Shown in pieces: positions 57,757 to 64,000 of a stretch of DNA of 64,000 bases (position 1 is its first letter; each line of letters opens with the position of its first letter). Origin of the DNA: Christensenellaceae bacterium (lineage in GTDB: Bacteria; Bacillota; Clostridia; Christensenellales; UBA1242); assembly GCA_031260975.1 (NCBI GenBank), contig JAISKJ010000003.1, positions 229,758 through 293,757 of the forward strand, in the 5' to 3' direction. Below the pieces are notes generated by a model, which saw only the letters and a list, made by a program, of their open reading frames with translations, was not told the DNA's origin and did not search any database. A program made the position numbers and the translations under genes.

Positions 57757-58485
57757 ATGGGAGTGGAGTTGTGGAAGTATGTTGTCATTATAATTTTTGG
57801 TTACTTAATGGGCAACATATTTTTTGGAAGGATAATTGCAAGGATAAAAAGGATTGACTTGTCAAGGGGTACAGGCAATCCGGGTACCATGAATATGCTG
57901 CGAAACTATGGCATGGGTATGGGAATGCTTACACTTGTTCTTGATGCTCTTAAGGGGGCAATTCCGGCAGTTGTTGGGTTCTATTTATTCAACGATTTTA
58001 ACAACATTCAGCATTTGGGCCAGGCTTTAAGCGACGCCAATGTGCGTTGTTATCTAGGGCTTTATATTGGAGGACTGAGTGCTTTGGTTGGGGCTGTTTA
58101 TCCGGTGTTTTATAAGTTTAAGGGCGGCAAGGGTGCGGCTACAATATACGGTATGTATCTGGTTGCCGATTGGAAGCCGGGGCTCATAATTTTTGGAGTT
58201 GGCATCTTGTGGCTGCTGCTTATGGACTACGGTTCGCTGGCATCTTTCACCATGGTGACAATCTATACCGTTGTGCAGGGCATAAACGCCTATGGACATA
58301 TTGCCATCAGCATAATTTTATTTGTGATATTTGCGCTTATGTGGTTTGCTTTCAGGTCCAATATATTTAGACTTCTTATAGGCAAAGAAAACAAGGTAAA
58401 CTTCATTAGAGGACTTAAGAAACTTAAAAAGAAACGGCTTGAGAAAATTGAGGCTAAGGCGCGCAACTCAAATGAGCTGGGATAA
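57757..58485 (+). CDS. plsY: Acyl-phosphate:glycerol-3-phosphate acyltransferase PlsY
   Basis: GTGNPGTMN (variant of GSGNxGATN), LDALKG and KGGKGAAT. It has an extra Lys-rich C-terminal tail. Confidence 0.85.
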   Translation: MGVELWKYVVIIIFGYLMGNIFFGRIIARIKRIDLSRGTGNPGTMNMLRNYGMGMGMLTLVLDALKGAIPAVVGFYLFNDFNNIQHLGQALSDANVRCYLGLYIGGLSALVGAVYPVFYKFKGGKGAATIYGMYLVADWKPGLIIFGVGILWLLLMDYGSLASFTMVTIYTVVQGINAYGHIAISIILFVIFALMWFAFRSNIFRLLIGKENKVNFIRGLKKLKKKRLEKIEAKARNSNELG

Positions 58486-58523
58486 GTTAGTATGGGTTGT
58501 GCATATATCTATCATTTCACTAA

Positions 58524-58683
58524 GGCTTCGACCATTACGTGGTCTGCAGAAACGTTCAGTGATAGATGTGCGCACAACCCTGAGTATAGAGAATAGACGA
58601 GGCTTCGGCGCTACGCGCCTGCAGAAATGTTCATTGATAGCTACATAAACAATTCTGAATATAGAGAATAAGCGGGGGCTTCG
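58524..58683 (+). repeat. Two tandem copies of a ~77-bp intergenic repeat, each starting with a small hairpin
   Basis: GGCTTCG anchors at 58524, 58601 and 58677. Each unit has a 5-bp hairpin, then TGCAGAAA(C/T)GTTCA(G/T)TGATAG, a variable 15 nt, then TGA(G/A)TATAGAGAATA. Confidence 0.7.
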
Positions 58684-58740
58684 AAACCTTTTTATGAAAA
58701 GAGATGAGTGACTGATGCTTGCCGCTTTTTTCATGTTTTG

Positions 58741-58770
58741 GCATAACTAAAATCGGCGCAACATATACAT
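58741..58770 (+). promoter_or_regulatory. Possible sigma-E type promoter of spoIVA
   Basis: GCATAAC (58741-58747), 14 nt, CATATACAT (58762-58770). This loosely resembles the mother-cell sigma-E consensus (ATA... / CATACA-T). It is a hand match only. Confidence 0.3.
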
Positions 58771-58796
58771 TTATTAGCTTTTATTAGGAGGAGAGT

Positions 58797-60275
58797 ATGA
58801 AGTCATATAATGTATATGAAGATATAGCAAAACGGACAAACGGCGATATTTATGTGGGTGTAGTAGGACCTGTCAGGTGCGGTAAGTCCACATTTATTTC
58901 AAAGTTTGTAAATACATTGGTTTTGCCAAACATAAAGGATGAATTCAGCAAAACAAGAGCAATTGATGAATTGCCGCAGAGTGCTGACGGAAAAGCAATC
59001 ATGACCACTCAGCCCAGATTTGTGCCCAACGAGGCGGTGGAGATAAGAGTAAAAGACAGTGTAGACCTAAAAGTTCGCCTGGTGGACTGCGTAGGTTATG
59101 TTGTGGCGGGAGCCACAGGACATACTGACGGCAGCAAACCAAGACTTGTCAAAACTCCGTGGAGTGATACGCCTATGCCTTTTGAACAGGCGGCAGAGAT
59201 TGGCACCAAAAAAGTTATCACTGAGCACAGCACAATAGCGGTGGCTGTTACCTGTGACGGAAGTTTCACTGACATTGAGAGGCAGAGTTATATTCAGGCA
59301 GAAGAAAGGATAGTGAAAGAGCTTAAAGCCACTAAAAAACCATTTGTGCTTGTTTTGAATACCGTAAAACCCCAGCATCCCGATACGCTTAATCTTTTGG
59401 ATACACTTAAAGCTAAGTATGAAGTACCCGTTCTGGCAATGGATATAGCCAACCTGAACACTGAAAACATAGATGAGGTTTTTGAAGGTATTTTGGGTGA
59501 GTTTCCACTGACATCTCTTCAGGTCAAAATGCCGCAGTGGATGCAGGCGCTTCCGTTTGATGATGAGATAATAAAAGAGGTGGTGCTTGAAGCTAAAAAT
59601 CTGATTGGGAACGTTGGCAAAATTGGTGAAATTGATACTGCTAGGGTAGCGTTTGAGAGCAGCGGATCATTTGAACCTCTCAGCATATCACAAATCAGGA
59701 TGGGTGAAGGAGTTGTGAGCATTGAGGTTGTACCCAAGCCCGACTTGTTTTATAAGGTGCTTTCTAAACAGTGCGGACAGGAAATTTTGAGCGACTTCCA
59801 TCTGGTGAGTTTCTTAAAAAAGCTTTCGCACGCAAAGGTTGAGTATGACAAAATAAAGGACGCACTTTTGCAGGTGGAGGAACATGGCTATGGAGTGGTC
59901 AGCCCCAGACTTGACGAAATGAAGCTTGAGGAGCCTGAGATTGTGAAGCAGGGCTCAAGATATGGGGTTAGGCTTAAAGCTTCGGCGCCTAGCTTGCATA
60001 TGATGAAGGTAGATGTTGAAACGGAGATAAGTCCGATTGTAGGCACTGAGCAACAGAGCGAGGATATAGTGCGTTTTTTGCTAAAAGAATTTGAAAGCGA
60101 CCCTAAAGGGTTGTGGGAAACAAATATGTTTGGAAAAAGCTTACACACTCTCGTGAACGAAGGACTTAATAACAAGCTTGTTCAGATGCCGGTCGAGGCA
60201 CAGAAAAAGATGCGCAGGACACTTGGACGCATCGTAAACGAAGGTAAAGGCGGAATTATTTGTATATTGTTATAA
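58797..60275 (+). CDS. spoIVA: Stage IV sporulation protein A (coat basement-layer ATPase)
   Basis: MKSYNVYEDIAKRTNGDIYVGVVGPVRCGKSTFISKF, 492 aa, ends GGIICILL. Confidence 0.95.
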   Translation: MKSYNVYEDIAKRTNGDIYVGVVGPVRCGKSTFISKFVNTLVLPNIKDEFSKTRAIDELPQSADGKAIMTTQPRFVPNEAVEIRVKDSVDLKVRLVDCVGYVVAGATGHTDGSKPRLVKTPWSDTPMPFEQAAEIGTKKVITEHSTIAVAVTCDGSFTDIERQSYIQAEERIVKELKATKKPFVLVLNTVKPQHPDTLNLLDTLKAKYEVPVLAMDIANLNTENIDEVFEGILGEFPLTSLQVKMPQWMQALPFDDEIIKEVVLEAKNLIGNVGKIGEIDTARVAFESSGSFEPLSISQIRMGEGVVSIEVVPKPDLFYKVLSKQCGQEILSDFHLVSFLKKLSHAKVEYDKIKDALLQVEEHGYGVVSPRLDEMKLEEPEIVKQGSRYGVRLKASAPSLHMMKVDVETEISPIVGTEQQSEDIVRFLLKEFESDPKGLWETNMFGKSLHTLVNEGLNNKLVQMPVEAQKKMRRTLGRIVNEGKGGIICILL

Positions 60276-60280
60276 CAAAA

Positions 60281-60308
60281 ACGGGGAAGGAGCTTCCTCG
60301 TTTTTTTT
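60281..60308 (+). terminator. Intrinsic terminator after spoIVA
   Basis: ACGGGGAAG-gag-CTTCCTCGT (one G-U) followed by a T8 run. Confidence 0.65.
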
Positions 60309-60313
60309 GACGG

Positions 60314-60403
60314 GCGGCCTTACTGCGCACTCTGTGAGTGCGCCAGAGCGCCGAATGGCGCTCCGCCTCAAAACCGTGCCACGGTTTTGAGGCATAAGGC
60401 CGC
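60314..60403 (+). other. GC-rich four-way-junction-like element
   Basis: A 9-bp outer stem GCGGCCTTA / TAAGGCCGC encloses GCGCACTC-tgt-GAGTGCGC, GAGCGCC-gaat-GGCGCTC and a 12-bp GCCTCAAAACCG-tgcca-CGGTTTTGAGGC. It is followed by agCTTTTTc. Confidence 0.5.
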
Positions 60404-60444
60404 AGCTTTTTCACCAATTCTTCTGAATTTTCATAAAATTATAT

Positions 60445-60795
60445 ATGAAAAACAAAAGATTTTTGATAAGTTTGCGCAATGCTCTAAGAGGTCTAATGCG
60501 GGTTTTTGCTCTTGAAAGAAACTTTAGAATACATACAATAATTACACTTATTATTTTAATTTTGGGAGTGTATTTTAATTTAAACGCCTTGGAATGGGGC
60601 GTATTGCTGGGCTTTGTCGGTTTGGTGGTTATAACCGAAATAATAAACTCATGTTTAGAGCGCTTTTTAGATGCTACGCTTGCCTTTAGAAACAATCGGA
60701 CGAGAGACATAAAAGATATGGCGGCAGGGGCGGTTTTGGCGGCTTCTGTTTTGGCGGTTATAGTGGGGTTGCTTATATTTTTACCAAAATTTTAA
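60445..60795 (+). CDS. dgkA: Diacylglycerol/undecaprenol kinase DgkA family
   Basis: 116 aa with 3 TM. SLRNALRGL...ERNFRIH and EIINSCLERFLD motifs. Confidence 0.8.
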   Translation: MKNKRFLISLRNALRGLMRVFALERNFRIHTIITLIILILGVYFNLNALEWGVLLGFVGLVVITEIINSCLERFLDATLAFRNNRTRDIKDMAAGAVLAASVLAVIVGLLIFLPKF

Positions 60796-60862
60796 GCTGT
60801 CAACAAATTATAAATTGTTGCCTTTTGCTGTGATTTTTGATATACTGCTTTTGAGGTTTTAT

Positions 60863-61393
60863 ATGAAAAGCAAAAATTTGGATAAGATTATAATGCTCCA
60901 GCTTGTGCTGTCACTCTTGTCTAGTATAGCGCTACCGGTCGGAGTGGTAGGCACGGTTTTGTGTGCTGTAAATCTTGGGTCAGTGTTAAGCATACTTGGA
61001 ATGGCATTTTTTATAGCGTGCATTTTGGTTGGCTTTTATGGAACACCGCTGCTATGGACATCTTATGCAAAATATAAGGGCATGGAAAAGATAAAGCGCG
61101 CCATCATTGACGAAAAAATTTCTGACACGCTACAGCTTTCAACTCACTGCAACACAAGCCAGAAAGAAACAAACCGCAGGATTGCCGCGCTTATTTCAGG
61201 GGGATATCTTAAAGGATATACGGTAGACAGAGGGTATACTCAGATTATAAATCTGGCTGAACAAAGTAAGCAGCAGGAGGTAAAGGCCGCCAACAATATT
61301 TGTGTAGTAAAATGCAGCGGCTGCGGCGCTAAATATGAAGTTAGCGCAGAGAGCAGAAAGTGTCCTTATTGCGGAAGTGCTAATGTAAGCTAG
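60863..61393 (+). CDS. Hypothetical membrane protein with C-terminal zinc ribbon
   Basis: Two TM segments and CSGCGAKYEVSAESRKCPYCGS at the C-terminus. The start is set at ATG 60863 (SD GAGG). Confidence 0.45.
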   Translation: MKSKNLDKIIMLQLVLSLLSSIALPVGVVGTVLCAVNLGSVLSILGMAFFIACILVGFYGTPLLWTSYAKYKGMEKIKRAIIDEKISDTLQLSTHCNTSQKETNRRIAALISGGYLKGYTVDRGYTQIINLAEQSKQQEVKAANNICVVKCSGCGAKYEVSAESRKCPYCGSANVS

Positions 61394-61442
61394 AATAATA
61401 AAAATTTGCCAAGCAATAAGGCCGCACATTTTAAAGAAAAAC

Positions 61443-61468
61443 AACAGCAATTATGCTGTTATTTTTTT
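61443..61468. terminator. Bidirectional terminator between convergent genes
   Basis: AACAGCA-atta-TGCTGTT followed by aTTTTTTT. The hairpin overlaps the MMPL stop codon. Confidence 0.55.
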
Positions 61469-64000
61469 GCTTTTTCTTTTCCGGACTTATTTTCATATTC
61501 ATAGCTCAAATACAGAGGCTCAGCAGTTTTGTTTGCACTGAAGTCTGCCTTGTAGGTCGTCTTTTTTATTATTTTGTCACAGAGTATGAGTATTTGAGGA
61601 AGTGAGAATATTATAACCAGCATGGATATCAAACATCCCAGCCCCAGAAGCTTGCCGAAGGCTGATATCAAAGCAACCTCGCTCATAAATCCTACAACAA
61701 AACTTGAAAGAGTGATAATCAGTCCGCTTGTGAGGATTGTTGTGATGGAACGCTCCAGCGCAATAGCAGCGCTTTTATATTTGTTGTTTGTTTTGCGCGC
61801 TTCAATATATCGGTCGGAAATAAGAATTGCATAGTCTATGGTGGCACCCATCTGAATGCACATAACAAGCAGATAGCAGATGAAAAATATGGGAGAACCT
61901 AGTATTGCATTGCTGCCCATTGTTATGAAGATGGCCCCCTGAATGAGCAAAGTCAGCAGCAGCGCAATAGAAATTGAACGAAAACTCATCAACAATATAA
62001 GTAAAATTGCAAGAAAGGCAATCAGGTTGATAGTGATTATGTCACTGTTAAAGGTTTCGCTTATGTCAAGCATAGTGGGGCTGCCGCCTGCTATGTAATT
62101 TTCACCGTAAAGCTGGTCGGTATAAACCCTTAGGTCTTTAATAAACGCAAAAGCGTTGGGGTCAGTAACGGCAAGATTAATATTGAAAATCAATCTGGAG
62201 TAGCTGCCGTTTTCAAACATGCTGCGGGCTGTATTTGCTGCCATGTATGCAGCGTCTATTTCCTGCTGATAGTCTGCTGCGAGAGTTGTTACTGTTTGGT
62301 TTTGGCTTAAATATTCAAATAATTCATAGACAGTGTCAAGCGGAGGAATGTCAAGGCTGTTTATCATATCTGCAAGCATAAAAGCGTATTCGTTGGGTAA
62401 ATAAGGAAAGCTTCCCTGTTCGAGCATATCCACAATATCCACAAGCTGAAGGTTGGAAATCTGATATAGTGAATATATTGCGATAAACTGTGCCTGAGCC
62501 ATTGGGTTTTGAGTAATTTGTATAAACGAAATATTTTGCACGATATAACTGATTATTATATGTGTTTCTATCGGTGTGTTAAAACTTTGCCCGAGGTCTG
62601 TCCAAATTTCTTCGGCATGAGTAGGGTCTGTGTTGTAGACCGCTGCAAACTGATAGGCGTCAAGCGGAACGGTGAGTGCCGCAACATTTTGATAAAGGTT
62701 GTCGATGACTGTCTGAAGCGGCTGCAAATAGGTTATCGCAAACTGCGAGGTGCTGGCCGCCTCTAAAAAGTCAATTAACATCACGCTGTCGGTGTCAGGG
62801 TCTTTTTGCATTAGGGCAAATACTCCCATAACTATGGGGTTGGGTATATTAAATTCGCTGACAAATTCGTTTGCGGAATATTCTTTTAAAAGACCGGTAT
62901 TTAGGAATGTAAAGCTGCTGTTGATTATGTTTTGGCCGTGAGCCTGATAGTTTAGGATATAATCCTCAAGGAGCTTTTCTTTTTCATAGTCGCCCTTAGG
63001 CACCATAACAACAAGCCCGTTTTGAAGTCCGAATCTTTCCTGTATTTTTTTGCTGTCAACGTTTACCGCTGCGTTTTTATCGGTTGCTGTATTAATGCTG
63101 TAGGTATACTGAAGATTTGTCTGCTGAAAGTATGTTCCGACAACGATAAGTACCAGAATTATGCACGGAATGATAACTTTGGTTGCCTTTTGAAAACTTC
63201 CGAAGGTAAGTACTTTTTTGGGTTTATAAACTTTAGGTTCCTGTCCATTTGACAGGGCAGTGGCAAAGTTCTGATCGGCATTTGTGTTAAGTGAGTGAAT
63301 TTCGTTATATCTTTTGTTCACACCGTTGAGAATTAGCGCGTGCATGCTTCGGTGTTTGGTTTTTTCAAGCGGTTTAGCCATCAGTAGAAGCACTCCCGGC
63401 ATAAATAGAAATACGCAGAGCATGCTGATTAAAACACCCTTTGCAAGCACTAATCCTACGTCAAGGCCTATGGTGAACTGCATAAACATAAGCGCTGTCA
63501 GACTTGCAATTGTGGTAAGGCTACTGGATGACACCAGCCCAAATGTGCGGGCAAGAGCTGTGCTGAGTGCTTCCTTCCGGTTTTTATTTTTTTGTTTTTC
63601 TTCGTTAAAGCGATGCAACAGCATGATTGAATAATCCATTGCAAGAGCCATCTGCATTATGACACATATTGAGTGTGTTATAAACGAAACATTCGGCAGC
63701 AGAGCGTTTGTGCCTAAGTTTATGGCAATAGCTCCGCCCAGAATAATTGCAAAGATGAGAGGGTCTATCCATGAAGTGGAAGTGAAAATAAGTATCAATA
63801 GAATTATTACACAGGAAATTGCCAGAATAATCGGCATATTTCTGCTAAGAACAGTGTCCATATAAGAAGAGGAGATTACGTCACCCGATAAGTATATGTC
63901 GTATAGGTTCAATATTTGCCTTATATTTTCAATCACGTCTTTGGCCTCAGAACTATAGCCGTCATAATCCATGTTTACAACAAATAAGGCTGAATTGTCT
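61459..64000 (-). CDS. MMPL/RND-superfamily membrane transporter; 5' end outside the window
   Basis: Two clusters of ~5-6 TM helices are separated by a ~450-aa soluble loop. The frame stays open upstream of the ATG at 63972 to the window edge (…DNSALFVVN-MDYDG…), so the N-terminus is missing. Confidence 0.8.
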   Translation of the reverse strand, partial: DNSALFVVNMDYDGYSSEAKDVIENIRQILNLYDIYLSGDVISSSYMDTVLSRNMPIILAISCVIILLILIFTSTSWIDPLIFAIILGGAIAINLGTNALLPNVSFITHSICVIMQMALAMDYSIMLLHRFNEEKQKNKNRKEALSTALARTFGLVSSSSLTTIASLTALMFMQFTIGLDVGLVLAKGVLISMLCVFLFMPGVLLLMAKPLEKTKHRSMHALILNGVNKRYNEIHSLNTNADQNFATALSNGQEPKVYKPKKVLTFGSFQKATKVIIPCIILVLIVVGTYFQQTNLQYTYSINTATDKNAAVNVDSKKIQERFGLQNGLVVMVPKGDYEKEKLLEDYILNYQAHGQNIINSSFTFLNTGLLKEYSANEFVSEFNIPNPIVMGVFALMQKDPDTDSVMLIDFLEAASTSQFAITYLQPLQTVIDNLYQNVAALTVPLDAYQFAAVYNTDPTHAEEIWTDLGQSFNTPIETHIIISYIVQNISFIQITQNPMAQAQFIAIYSLYQISNLQLVDIVDMLEQGSFPYLPNEYAFMLADMINSLDIPPLDTVYELFEYLSQNQTVTTLAADYQQEIDAAYMAANTARSMFENGSYSRLIFNINLAVTDPNAFAFIKDLRVYTDQLYGENYIAGGSPTMLDISETFNSDIITINLIAFLAILLILLMSFRSISIALLLTLLIQGAIFITMGSNAILGSPIFFICYLLVMCIQMGATIDYAILISDRYIEARKTNNKYKSAAIALERSITTILTSGLIITLSSFVVGFMSEVALISAFGKLLGLGCLISMLVIIFSLPQILILCDKIIKKTTYKADFSANKTAEPLYLSYEYENKSGKEKAKK

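Noticed and set aside
58524-58683. The tandem repeat was considered as a possible CRISPR array.
   Set aside because: There are only two ~77-bp units, which are contiguous without unique spacers. Repeat identity is partial and no cas genes are in the window.
60314-60403. The cloverleaf-like fold (outer stem plus three hairpins) looked tRNA-like. The 8893-8981 element looked the same.
   Set aside because: Stem lengths are 7-13 bp and loops only 3-5 nt. There is no 7-nt anticodon loop, no GTTC(R)A T-loop and no D-loop features. These are not tRNAs.
60411-60447. dgkA was considered as another leaderless gene (TAAAAT 5 nt before ATG 60445, no SD).
   Set aside because: The -35 region (TCACCA/TTCACC) is poor, and read-through from the spoIVA region cannot be excluded. 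It is left as uncertain.
61416-61428. ATAAGGCCGCA recurs at 60394-60404 and 61418-61428, which might hint at another copy of the GC-rich element.
   Set aside because: An 11-mer match is expected by chance many times in 64 kb, and no partner stem or hairpins are present at the second site.

Overview
This is a chromosomal window from an endospore-forming Firmicute. Gene content and order look Clostridia-like, and SD sequences are often G-rich. The left edge carries the last 6.5 kb of a giant protein (5' end outside the window) built from about 22 Listeria-Bacteroides / InlB B-type repeats. Next come a PLP-dependent Orn/Lys/Arg decarboxylase, an orphan Cys-rich ORF, and a SCIFF ranthipeptide precursor with its radical-SAM/SPASM maturase (scfA/scfB). 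These are followed by rplU-prp-rpmA, mreB, minD-minE, a SpoIVFB-like M50 protease and a DUF4132 / AlkD-like / PD-(D/E)XK three-gene unit. Then come two RluA-family pseudouridine synthases, groES-groEL on the minus strand, and assorted enzymes and transporters. A dcw cluster (mraZ-rsmH-ftsL-PBP-murE-mraY-murD-ftsW-murA-ftsQ-ftsA-ftsZ) runs into spoIIGA-sigE-sigG. The rest is ylmC/ymxH, nrdR, a two-gene orphan operon, feoAB, der, plsY, spoIVA, dgkA, a membrane/zinc-ribbon protein and a 5'-truncated MMPL transporter. I found no rRNA, tRNA, CRISPR array, transposase, integrase or prophage genes. The window is mostly core genome. The points most worth a second look are listed here. (1) scfA is a divergent five-Cys SCIFF precursor that lacks the published Thr acceptor, and it is separated from scfB by an attenuator hairpin plus a GC-rich multi-hairpin element. 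(2) A second GC-rich four-way-junction element with shared sub-motifs lies after spoIVA. (3) A family of intergenic repeats shares a 26-nt core (GTGGTCTGCAGAA-N3-TTCAGTGATA); it is tandem upstream of spoIVA, with a compensatory-mutation hairpin, and occurs again upstream of mraZ. (4) A 110-nt near-perfect hairpin lies inside the dcw cluster. (5) Orphan operons are preceded by G9/G10 homopolymer tracts at the SD position. (6) Several genes have a good promoter whose -10 lies 6 nt from the ATG with no SD, so they are probably leaderless. All functional calls rest on motif recognition by eye. No database search was run.
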